A stretch of 64,000 nucleotides of DNA from Marsupella aquatica. Its lineage: Eukaryota > Plantae > Marchantiophyta. Shown here in pieces: positions 46,434-59,014 of this stretch. Both the position numbers and the translations under genes were made by a program. The notes under the pieces were generated by a model that was given only the letters and a program-made list of their open reading frames with translations, was not told where the DNA came from and did no database searches. The stretch is from positions 13,391,375 to 13,455,374 of the forward strand of contig OZ316897.1 of assembly GCA_973895155.1 (NCBI GenBank), written 5' to 3'. Within the stretch, counting starts at the first letter, position 1, and each line of letters begins with the position of its first letter.

Positions 46434-49400
46434 CACACGAGCTCCCTCTCCCTCCCTCCTCCTCCGCTCACACTCACACACAACTCACAACTCACAGAAC
46501 TTGCAAGTTGACATTGACACAGTCCTGGGTACACGACGGCCACAGTATCGCAACGAGCCAGATGCCCCAGAAGGAATCACCATCCTGCCACTGACCTGCA
46601 CAAGTGCTGTCCAAGCTGTCGAGGCCCTCGACTCCCTCTCCCAAACGTGAGGCCGGAAATCACTCCACCGAGCTCAGCTCACAGAAACTATGGAAATGCC
46701 CACGCCTGCGCAGGCCCGCATTGATTGTCCGATGCTCACTGATTGCCTATTAATTGCCTCCCCCGCTCACTGCTCCTCCTCCCCTGGTCCACAGTCCACT
46801 CCTCATCAGTCCTCACCGCTCAACGAAGCTCCGATCCGATGCGATGGATCGTCAGTCTGTCTCTGGGCAACTTACTATTCCGAGCTGTACATTTCAGCGA
46901 ACTACGGACCTATACAGTACAGTACAACCGTAGTGGTGTATCAGTGTGTGCGTACTTTAAAGAATCATACAGGAGGAGGGCCAGGGAGGGCCAGGGAGGG
47001 CCGGGGAGGGCCACTCGGTCGCCGGAGGACGGGGAATGGTTGGTAAAGAGGCCACCAGCGGCACATATGGGAACTTTCCCGTCCGGCCTCCCGTGATTCC
47101 GTGAGGTCTGTTGAATAAAATATGCTGCCGTCGTTTCCTCCGTGGCCGCTTTCACCAACAAGACGAGGTCATGCGGTTGGTCCCCCGTGGCCCTGTTGGT
47201 GGACTACTTTCCAGGGTTGCTTTGACCGGCGAGAGTCCGGACTGCACCCACTTTACGCACACTATAGTAGGCTCCAGCCATTTTTTTTTCTTGTTTGTAA
47301 ACATTAGCCAAGGTGGCTATATTTTACAGTACCGACATGCACAGGTTTGATGTGGAGTATTTAATTTCAATTATGTAATGTTTTTTATTATTGTAGAGTA
47401 TTTCATCCCGAACATTCCCCCATAGTAGGAGGTTGCTGATGACATAGAATTTTTAAACTTTTAGCCTGAGTATCATTACTGTAGCTTGCTTGTTTTTAAC
47501 CTTTCTTGTTTTCCATGGAATAAATGCTTTTTAAGCAGTTTTTTAAAGTGAACACAAGCCTGAAATCATTTCCAGGATAACATTATAGACGCCAAGTTCA
47601 AAAAAAAGTACTCCTTTTCAATCTACAAAATTGGCATTTCTTGGGCTCCTTGTAGAATGATCTTTCCTACCAATCTAATATCTGTATTTGTCATGAAGAA
47701 TTGAGAGAGTTATGAATTTCTAAAGAGTACCCCATCACTCATTGTTCGCACCTAAAGCTTCCATAAGTTTTTAGCAGCTAATTTTGAAATTTAGTATCTC
47801 CATTGATATCTAATGGAATTTATTTTGTTGGTTTTGTTAGAAAAGTATGGGAACTTCTTTCCATTGAGCCCAATATGGTCAAACTTCATAGAGAATTGAA
47901 AGACCTACACATTTTCAACCACGTTTCTTGCCACATTTCACTCAACTGTGTAGTCTGTACCATGTGAGCCAAAGAGGGTTTTGCAAGCCATCCAGGTTGC
48001 AAAAGTATATCTGGGCATTTGGCAGACCTGGAAGTCCATCTGGGCTTCATAAGTGTATACAATCTGGGCTTCATGTCTAGTGTATGCAGTGCTTCTAAAA
48101 TTAAAATTGGAAACAGGAGGATAGCATTATTAATATTTGTAGAAATTCCTGGAGAATGCAAATGGCACTGTTGTGCTGGAAGTTAATTGGCTGGAATTGA
48201 TTAAAGCAATGTCAATATATAGAAAGATGAAAAAGCTCAGATGGACCCAGCTTGTGATCTCTACAACCCCTTGAACTGACAACCCTTACGCCCTCATTTG
48301 TCAACACTCTTAGGGAGTCCTATGGTTGTCTTATTCCTAAATGCTCTGTCCAGGGGTAGAGGAGCAAGGTTTGGCATCCTACCAATATTGCAGTCTACCC
48401 TCTCTAGTTGCAAGGCCTCTAAGAGTAGTTTGAGAGCTTCCATTTCTAGAAAAATCTTATTTTAAGAAGCAATATGGAAATCTGAGCTACAACCCTCAAG
48501 ATCTTCATTCCTGAAAGTTTTGATTGGACATACAGAACTTGATTTCCTTTCATTTCTTCCATTTCAACTTGCACTTCTGATTTGAGTCATGATTTCACAT
48601 TGCACTTGCGTGGAACAGTTTACTGTTCACTCATTTCAATGACTTTGTCAATCCACATGTAATCCCAATGGGGTGGATTTCTGTTGGTCATTTGTCAGCA
48701 AGTAGTGAGAAACTTAGCAACAAAATCCAGATTGCACACTCTTTACCATACTCCAAACAAGCACTAATTCCTGTCAATATTTTAAAATAGTTTTTCACCA
48801 CTACTTTCCATTCTTGAGACCAAAGGGCAATCATTCATGATGCAGAATTCGTGTTATTCATGGGTAGAGCCCAAAAATGTTGCTCTCGAATTAGTGTGAA
48901 CAATGTCGGAATCTTCAATTATTCACGTTCATATCTTGCCTTTTGAGATGCCTATGCAAGCCTGTGGTCAATGCTGGTGCGTAGACTCCTCGTGTGTAGT
49001 TTGGGACTTTCATATTGAAGAGCATCTAATGTAAGCTACCAAGCACTTTGATCAGCACCTATCAACTTTTGAAGGAGGCCTTGTTTGTGATTGAATACGT
49101 AGACACGTGCAGCTGGCAGTCTATCTTACTATAAAAGTGTCAACTGAAGTCTACTTGTAACTCCATGATCATCATGTGCATGGGAAGAACTGTGACTATG
49201 ATGTATGTCAACTGGTGCATGCAAGTTTTTTGTGATAATTTATTTTTGGTGATAATTTCTAAATATTTAAATTCAAAAAATGGGCACTATGGCCCCACCA
49301 CAACATTTGTGCATAGAAAGAAGGATGTGCATACAAAGACAAATGTACATAGAAAAGAAAATGGTATATTATATATGACTATTAAAATGATAAATTTTTT

Positions 49401-51479
49401 AATCATTTCATTCACCTTCAAAAAATATGAATAGAGAATTTTTTGGTAACATTTTTATTATCCTCTCCGCTATTCACGTTCAAAGAACAGGTAGTTGAGG
49501 CTAGTACATAATAATGACCGTATCAAAGATTACCGAAGAGTCTATGGAAGTGGCTATCATTCAACATAACACTGGATAGAGAAAAAGGGATTGAGAGATG
49601 GATGGAGAGATGGATGGATGAAAAACATTCCTTTTAATTGTCCATTTCACACCAATCCTCAGAAAGCTCAGTGATACAAAACATTGAAAATGTACATTAG
49701 TTATCATCAAGGGGAGCCAATAGATAAAAGCCTCTTTAGTGCCGTATGGCCTGCAATGTGAAAAAGTTAGAGAGCCAGCCTGGAGAATCAATTCCTCTAG
49801 CAAATTGTACATCACATTCTACTCTGAGATGTGTCTTTTTAAACCGATTAATCAAAAGATGGCTTATTCACCAAGAATGTTATTATCCTTACTAAGTTGA
49901 AAGTGATGTTAGGAGTTACACTCAATAATTGGAATTCCAAAAACAAAAGAGCCATTGCTTATTCTTGGCAGGCTAGCTTGTAGAGAGAAATGGAAAGCTA
50001 GGAATCAATGCATGGGCTATGGAAGAAAGAGCATATTAGAAGGATGCACTAAGAGCAAGGGCCTGCTTTATATTTAGGGCCTAAATTGGGATTAAAGTGA
50101 ATTTCATAGTAACCTATTATAACTAACATAAATATTCCCAAGTCTCCTTCACATTTGATGGTTAGGGGCAAACACATGGATTTCTGTCCTCCCTTAATTT
50201 CTCATATTGTTTCCTTGAGGTAGTACATCAATGATAATTTTAATTTGGCAAGCTGATCAGCAGAACAGAAGGGGACCTAATGAATAAAATCCAGGGACTT
50301 ACACGTTGACAAAAAGGGGTTCCATTCACAGACCTTGCTGGCTGGGATCAATATCTGGAAAAGTACTAATGAAGGTAAGGCGGCATGTTACAATTGCATA
50401 TGCCCTAATTGACACGGTAGAATGAGAAGGAGGCAGAGGAGATACAATGACTACAAGATAAGCAAATGCTATTTCAGTGACAGTTGCTTCACTAGTTACT
50501 GCATCTTCCTCAGGCCATTTTAATCCTGTCTTGGCTACGGATTAGATTCAGCTCATACAAATATTTTGACAGTGACAATCTTTGTCATTGTTGTATTTGA
50601 GAGATTGTCATTTTATCTTGCCTTGGTAGCAATCATGTATGCTCTTTTTCCCTCTCTTCCACTCCCACTGCAGACAAAGTTTTGAGGAGTTGCTCAAAGG
50701 CTAGCTAGAGGTTTGGTGATTATTTTTCTGGTTTTCCTTCAATCTTCTGTTTGTCATTTACTTCTCATCCAGGTGGATTTCAACACCTTACACTTCTTGT
50801 TCGCAATCCCCTTGCCAGAACATTCAAGCTTTGTGCATAGATAGATGGTGAGTACAATGCTGTCTGTTTCCAATTCCATAGTTATGTTTTTAAGTCACAG
50901 TGTAGAATAGTACATACTTTGTGGCCCCAAAGTCGCGGTCTAGAGGCTTCACTCTAAACCATAGACTCTTTCCTGGCTTTTAATGTTACTTTATAAATAG
51001 ATGTGGGTAGCTAGAAGGTGGCACAGGGGATGGAAGGAAAAATGGTGACTCCCCACTGGCCTTAGCCCCATCGAAAAACACTTAATGAAAGGCTGGTTCA
51101 AACTATTTAATTTTGTTTCCCAGAATAATTTATTTACAAACCCCCATGGGAAGGTTTTTACCAATATCCTCAGTTCCACGTGCAGCCACTTCAACACATT
51201 TTGTCACAAATAGGAACAATGTTATTTTCAGCAAAAACCAACACAGTTGTTTGTGTTTGACTCGAGACAAAGAAAACAGTAAACCCATTAATTGTAAAAA
51301 GATAAAATAATTGAAAAGAAAAAGTTGAAATAGCAAATAATGAGGCAAAACAACACAACCAATTTGGATGCCTTATCAACGACATATCAATATTTTACAT
51401 CAAAATGCTTGTATATTATTTTAAATTTTGCAAGTTTCTGAAAGAGCCATCTTGTAGAAATTTAAACTGTTAGGAACCC

Positions 51480-53345
51480 CTTAGCCTTTATATTCAAAAA
51501 AATGTTTATTGATCTCCTTAGTACTTGACAAAACCTGCCAATGCTAGGGTCATTGGCCTGCTTGTTGGAAAGCTAGAGAAACTCAAATACTCATGATCAT
51601 CCTTAGTACATGACAAAATCTATTGATGTTAGGTTCACTAGAAAACTAGAGAAAATTAAAAACTCATGATCTTTGCCTTCGTACTTGACTAATTTACCAA
51701 TCTTAGGCTTATTGGAAAGCTAGAGAAATTTAGAGATTAATGATCTCAGTAGCAGAACTTGACTACTCTAACACTTAGGTCCATGCCTCCAGAACGACCA
51801 TCCGGGGGGGCTAAGTATAGGGAGACTAGTGGGCAACAAAGTGTTGCACTAGCAAGGGCAATGCTCTAAGTTGGTGATGCACACTAAGGACTTAGGCTAG
51901 TTTAAGAGCTGGTAGGGTCATGGGAAAGGGCGGGCTCAAAGTGGACCGTCTAGACCCCCGGACGGACTTTAAGTTGTGAGGGCTTGAGTGAGAGCTCCAA
52001 TTGGGCCCAAAGTTTATTTCATGCACAACGGATGTTTGGTGCATGAGATACAACGCGTCACAAGTGTGGCCTTCTAGGACCCTTGACTGACTACAGGTTT
52101 CGAGAGCCTAGGCAAAAGCATTGGGTCAACCCAATCACAACGGGCTAACGCACTTTGCTTAAAGATGTATAGCTAGAAAATTAGCATAGCAAGTTAGTTG
52201 GATGTCCATGCGATAGGGTTGGAGTCCAGGTTGAGGGCCAAACATAGGGGACCAAAGTTGGTCTGGGGGTGGTGGGTCTCCAGAAACATAGATGAGGGGA
52301 GTGTTGTCTCCCTGGGGGCTAAGGGTGAGCCCAAGTCATGAGTCACAACGGTCGTGACACTAAGGAGAAACGTCAAATGGAAACGGTGATAATCTAAGTT
52401 GGGTTCGGGTTGCCTTTGGGTTTTGAGGTTTGCGGGGGATATCTCCCCCGCTTGCCAAATCCTGCCAAAACAGCAGTCGAGGCGAGTTCAATTTCTCATG
52501 GGAGCTTGCATTAGGGAGGCAATGTAGAGTAGGCATGGGTGTTGAGGTCCAAGGTCCAAGTGAATTTGGCCCCTAGACTCTCATTTGAGTTGGAACCTTG
52601 AAGATGGTTGCTATAGTTGGGGCCAACTGGTCCTAGGGTTTAGGACAAGCGTGTGACAAGCTTCGGGACGAGCTAGCTTATTTAGGCCATGAGCATGTTC
52701 TAGTGCAGGGCGATCAGCCAATGACAAATAGGAAGTGGGGAAGCACAAGCAACACCCGGTAGAGGGCTAGGGGCTGTTATGGACGAACAATGGGTGTCGG
52801 CTTAGGTTTCGGCTTATGGCAAGGCCTCACGGGCCCAAGAGGTTCTACTCGTTGACCTATGTACCAACATCTATTGAACTTGAGTTGAGACACTAGTCTT
52901 GGAGTTCCTAGATCCTGATGGGTTACTTACCAAGGTGTTTGATTGCTTGTGCATATAGTGAGGATAGTTGGCAACGATCGTGTTAGCAAGTGCGGCTTCG
53001 TATGGGAGTTGTTGCTGGTGGTGCCAGAGGTACCAACTAAGTTGCTTGCTCAAGGAGTTCCATGTAGATGTTTGGGCACCAAGGGCACTTAGGCAAAGAT
53101 GTTGATATTGGTGAGGCGCTCGTTGGCTAGGTCCACCACTATCTCCTTGGTGTTTGATGAAACCTTCCAATAAGAAACTCATTTGAAACCTAGACAAATT
53201 TAAAAACTCATGATCACCTTAGTACTCTATGAAGTCTGTCAAGAGAGTAGGTTGGTTGGAAAGAGGATTGGAAACCTAGAGAAATTCAGGAATTTTCCTT
53301 AGTATTGGAGAAATCTGCCATCTGCTAGGCTCACTAAAATGCTAT
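51480..53345. repeat. Degenerate ~85-bp tandem array interrupted by the 1.4-kb repeat
   Basis: tggaaagctagagaaa...actcatgatc.ccttagtact units lie on both sides of 51776-53140. Confidence 0.65.
51776..53140 (-). repeat. Dispersed ~1.4-kb repeat family, copy 2 (apparently full length)
   Basis: Shares its start with copies 1 and 3 and its end (GAGGCWTGGACC) with copy 4. Confidence 0.8.
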
Positions 53346-53985
53346 ATTTAAAATGTTTCTAAGGTTTTAGCATAAGACGTTTCATTGAGAGAAGTGACAA
53401 ATTAAAATCATCATTCGCTGAAAGCTAGACTTTGAAGCAAGGGTAGAGAGTTCAGACATATGTGAGCTCTTAATACTGTATGAAATCTAGCAAATAATGG
53501 TGGGGTCATTGAAAATCTCAGATAAGAACTTTTCTTATAATTATAAGCATGAAATGATTTATGGAGGGATGAGGGAGACATTGATAATCATTTTTTGATG
53601 AAGACATATAGCGAGATTTTCAAGGAAGGGTACAACAGTTCAAAGTTTGTGAGGGCTAAGCATTCCAAGAGGTTTCATTTATAGGTGTGGGAGCCATTGG
53701 AAATAGGTTGAGGGTCATCCAAACTTAAATTTTGAAGTTAACTAGTGTAACATGTTGATAGAAATGGGGAGACAAAAATTGAAGATGGTGCGCTTGGGAT
53801 GTTCTCATAGTTAGATGGAGACGCGTAGGACACAAATAACAAAGCATAACATGGAAAGAATCCAATCTGATTGAAGTTGATGCATGCAATTAGCTTCAAT
53901 GATTGTGAAGATAGAACATATTTAAAATTAGTGGAAAGCAAGATGACACTGACATGTAGATCCAAACACCTTGACACGTAGATCC

Positions 53986-54353
53986 TGTTAGGTTATACCT
54001 CTAGTATAACCTATATACTTCCATAATACTACCTAGACTTCACTATACTAGGATAGCACTAGTTTGAGTTCCAGGTTCCCATAGACCATGGGAGGGGGTA
54101 TACCCAAGGGGAACACAAAGTAACTTGTACTCACATCTGAAGGTTCACTCTTCAGGAGAGAGGGTGAGCAGGTGAGAGGATGAACTCTAGCACGTTGACT
54201 ATGGCGGATGTAATCGGGGTGTATTACTGGATTTTGCTTACAGCTGTGGACGTAGCCCAGACAAAGTGAACCACATACTTTCAGTGTCAAGGTCTATGGA
54301 TGTTGTTCACATGTGTTGACGCTATCTCGTTCGGTCTAGATCATATCCCAAGA
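53986..54353 (+). mobile_element. Solo LTR (368 bp), probably Copia-type
   Basis: TGTTAGG...CCCAAGA (decayed CA end), 5-bp TSD GATCC at 53981-53985 and 54354-54358, and a U5-like GTGGACGTAGCCC...GTGAACCAC motif. Confidence 0.7.
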
Positions 54354-55155
54354 GATCCAAACACCTTCATCGTCCACTTAGTGTACAGTCAATAGAGAAA
54401 AAAGAACATTGTCTCGAGTGAGATATCTCGCATCCTTGATAATGAGAGAGTTCATGATTTTTCCTTGTTTTTCTTAGGGCATTCTGGGAGCATAATGCCC
54501 CGGTCAACATCTTGATCACCTCTTTAGTTAGATTTCCCTATACTTTTACTAAAGTTGAAAAAAACTAAAAATCTCTTAGGCTTTTAAGTGTACAAGGTCC
54601 TATTTCTGGAGCATCAGGCAATAACAGCCCCTCAAAACTCAAGCTAAAGTCTCCTTCAGGGCATTATATCCCATAATGCTCTGTAAACATGACACATACT
54701 TAATGCCTTTCATGAATTACCTCTTTTTTATTTTCAGTGCATTCCTGGAGCGCACGATCAAAATGTTGATGTTCATTATGAAACGAGCTTTTATTATAAA
54801 CCCACAATGCGTTGTAAACAGGACGTTACTATACCCCCCGAAAAAAACTCGAAACTCCATCTGAAACTGTGGTTTTGGGGTGCATTATGGCCCTCAATGC
54901 CTTGTAAACAGGACGTTAACAATTAAAAGAATCTCTTCAGTGTACTGGAAAGGGAGAGGAGCATGATTTCGCCATGGAGCTCTCGGGAGTCTGGACTGAT
55001 TGGGGTAGTTGGACGTCGTTACTGCCGATTCCCAAAAAACCCTCGGTGTACTTGAGAGAGAGAGATTGCGTCCGTGCTTTGAAGATCTCTGGACTGATCG
55101 GTCTCATCGATTTGAGGGGTGCAGTGAGGAGTGTCGGAAAGCGAGAGCCGGAGCG

Positions 55156-58099
55156 ATGGCGCAGCACCAAGACGGATCGTTGCATGGCTACGAGTCGGTG
55201 CAGCGCCTTCTGGCCGAGCACTTGCCCGCACCGCTTCTTCAGGTCCTGCCTTTTTTTTCTTTTTTCTTTTTCTCTCAAAAGCTTCTACCGTGTTTGCTGA
55301 CTGGCCTCCTTGATTGTGCCGACCGAAAGGAATTTACAGTGTTGTTCGCAATGTGGGATTGGATCCCTGTAAATAGAGAATTCATTCTAAATTTTTTACG
55401 CCAATTGGAGCTGGATAGTGAGGAGCTGGCAATTCAGTTCCAGCTTCACCGGTGTTTCGTACTTGAGTCGTAATTTCTACCAATTTGGTTCGCTGCCGAT
55501 TTTGGGTTCGTTTGTTCTTTCTCTGTTTTTTCTCTTCTGGTTCTGACGATGCTCCAAGTGGAAATTGGTGGTCATCCCGTTTCTCCTTCTGTGTTGAGGC
55601 CTTAGTCGGATGCCCTTCAAATTGGAGGTTGGGGGGCCCGAAAATGCAAGAAGACCAGAAAAATGAGGATTATATTGTGTCCTCAGTACGAACAATCCGG
55701 GCATCTGTGGTTGCAGCAACAGTCTTGCAGCAGGTCAAACAATATTTGCAACTCAAAAGTTCTAAGTTTGCAATCCTAGGAAGATTTCTGGTATCTGACA
55801 TACTTGTACATTTTGCAGGAGGTTAACCGAGTACTCCTCGGATACAATGCTGGAAATCTTGTCGAGGCACTCGCTATTCCGGAGCCAATTATCAAAGATG
55901 CTGCCGCAAAGAACTTTGATTTATTGGTGAGTTATCAGTATTCCTCGTTGAATGATTATCAGCATCTATCAGCATCCTCAACTTTCAGATTGATCAGCCT
56001 TACATTGTATATCTCGAACTCTGTTCTGCAAAGAACAAGTTCACTAACACATATACAGGCTAACTGGCTAAACTGATTATATGCTCTAATCAAAATCAGA
56101 CTTATCTTGAAACTTCCGATTGTTGGTAGTAACGTTATGGCTTACACACTCTCAACTTATAGACCTAACGTGTCAAATAGTTCTGGCCGGTGTTCAGGCC
56201 TATCGATTCTCAGCTGCCGAGGAGCAATTGCGGAAGCCAAGAGTCACGCGTGTGGGGTTGGTTCAAAATTCAATTGTTCTCCCGACAACAGCCCCCTTTG
56301 TCGATCAAATGAAAGCCATCAGGGATAGAGTGGGGGCCATTGTATGTGCAGCTGGCGAAGCAGGAGTAAATGTCCTTTGCTTGCAGGTACTCTATTGATT
56401 CACAGTCAAGAAGTCGCACTGCAGTTTGTCTCATTTCTATGATGATGTCGTGGATGCGCTATCTTTCAATGGAAGCTCTTTAAATGGCTGACCTTTGTCT
56501 GTAACCAGGAGGCCTGGACCATGCCATTCGCGTTTTGTACCAGGGAAAAGTCCTGGTGTGAATTTGCAGAGAGTGCTGAGGACGGAGAGTCCACTAAATT
56601 CATTCAGGAGCTGGCCCGTCGGTACAACATGGTGATTATCAGCCCCATACTGGAACGAGACGCAGCGCACGGTGACACTATCTGGAACACTGCTGTGGTC
56701 GTTGGCAACCATGGAAATATCATTGGCAAGCATCGGAAGGTAAGTCATAACCACTGGTATTCATAGACTTGCCTGTGTGAACATTTTAGACGTCACATTT
56801 GACAATGCACCTTAAATTATTGTTCGTACAAGTGTAACTATGTACAATTTAGCTTCAAGAGAATGGTCTATATTGTGGTCCAATTAGAAGGGAAATCATA
56901 CGAACCCACCCCGTGGACTCATCTTTCTGGGAAGGGTGTATTTGTAATGTTCCTAATTGCCTTAAGTTGGAAAACATGTCTCTTAAAGAGGATAGAGGAA
57001 CCAATTACCAGTATTTCCTGATGGGAGCACTTCACTGCCATGCACGGAGCCTCACCCTCACTTGCTCCCTCCCTTAAGTAGCTCATTTCTATCATTTTAT
57101 GAAGTGGATGACAGAGCAGACGTTTTAGAACTGAAGCCACTAGACTGAAGCACGGTGTCTGTTTATATTAATTAGTACGTTGTGTACTCGTTTCCAAGTG
57201 ACCGACTCCCGTGACATCCATCATTGATGTCACGGTCTTGTTTTTTTATGGAATTGTTCAATTTCAGAACCACATTCCTCGAGTTGGAGACTTCAATGAA
57301 AGCACGTACTACTATGAAGGCAATACTGGACACCCGGTGTTTGAGACGGCCTTCGGAAAAATTGCCATCAATATCTGCTATGGTAGACACCATCCCATGA
57401 ACTGGCAGGCTTTTGGCATGAATGGTGCCGAGATTGTGTTTAACCCCTCAGCAACAGTAGGGGAATTGAGTGAGCCCATGTGGCCCATTGAGGTATGTTC
57501 TTTCCAGCAGGCTATACAATCACTCTGAACTGCGTAATCACATATGATCTAAATAGTGCTCATGGCTCTTCTGAGGATGCTTGTTTGAGAACCATAAATT
57601 AAAACTAGATTCCTTTTCATACGAGCCATTCTACTTCCAGTGGTCGGGGAGCTCTTCTATCTAGTTTCTTCCCTTCCCTTGTGCCTGTGGGCAATTAACA
57701 GGTGTTCTTTGTTGATCGAAACAGGCTCGGAACGCTGCCATTGCCAACACTTACTTTGTTGTAGCAATCAATCGAGTGGGAACAGAGACATTTCCAAGAG
57801 CTTTCACATCAGGAGATGGGAAACCAGCGCACAAAGATTTTGGCCATTTCTACGGGTCTAGTTACGTTGCCGCTCCTGATGCATCGTGCACACCAAGTCT
57901 CTCTCGATATCGAGATGGCCTTATGATTGCAGATGTGGACTTGAATCTGTGCCAGCAAGTGAAGGATAAGTGGGATTTTAGGATGACAGCACGCCATGAC
58001 ATTTACGCCCAGTTGTTCAATGAATATATGAAGAGTGACTTCAAGCCACAAATTGTGAGGGACCCCTCGCTTTATAGAGTTAAAGAGAACGGCATATGA
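55156..58099 (+). CDS. PYD3: Beta-ureidopropionase (nitrilase superfamily), 6 exons
   Basis: Exons at about 55156-55242, 55819-55926, 56197-56386, 56509-56739, 57268-57492 and 57725-58099. Catalytic E-K-C in [34 protein letters not shown] and [10 protein letters not shown]. Confidence 0.95.
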
Positions 58100-59014
58100 T
58101 GTTCTATTTAGTCAAGCACCGAGTGCACCTTCTTATTCCTCTACAATGGAGATAGAGCGTAGCTGTAGATATTTGAGTGCTCATGCAACATGTTACCCTT
58201 CTCGTGGCTTTTGGTTTTCCCCTCGGTTGGCTCTTTTGCCATCTTGTATTTTCGGTCCCTGGGCCCCAAATTGAGGATCTGTGGTCTTCAATATCAAATC
58301 AATACTATGTTAATAGTCTTCCCGTATGAGTTTCACTGATCCATTACGTTCACCTCTGCCTGCTTACGTGGTATCCTATGCCGATACTTTCACGAGGCGC
58401 TACGTCCATCATGGGTGCTCTTCAAAAACCGAGCCTCCAGAATCTATCATTTCATCCGTGATTTCTCACTGGTTATAGAAGCAACCCTTTAAAGTCAGTC
58501 ACAAATGCTTCTAAACTTTTGGAGCTGTTGGGAGCCTGCTTGTTTGCATCCACAATCATCGACATCTCGAAACAAGCCCTGGGGTCAACCATTGACACAA
58601 GAATGCGCATATTTCACTGAGACCTCACTTTTGAAGTTCCTCAGAATGACCTAGTAGCAGAGAAGATCATCAAAAGGTTGTTCATTGTTGACTAGCTTGT
58701 GGTCTGCGGCTAGGAGAAAGAAGCTGATTCGAGAAACTGCCTATCGGAGGGGTGAAAGTATCACGGAGAAAAAAGCGAGTGTTGGGGAGATATAAAGTCT
58801 CCCCGATGAAAACAGGGTAGAAGGCGACTCAAACAAATACATAAGGCAGCCATTGCGCCACCAGCCCATGTTATTCCTTGAAGTAAATGGTTGGAAAAAA
58901 TCCAAAGATGGATTAACACGGTTTCTCGGGCAACAATTTTTCGTGCTTTGAGGGCGGCGGATCCAAACATCTAGTCCCTTATCCCCTTTGTCCGTTGTTT
59001 TTATGGACTCGAGG

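Noticed and set aside
48100-51450. AT-rich region with possible decayed transposase traces
   Set aside because: No continuous frame or motif could be identified by eye.
18585-58099. Metabolic gene cluster (C4H plus hydrolases)
   Set aside because: The neighbours are functionally unrelated conserved housekeeping genes.
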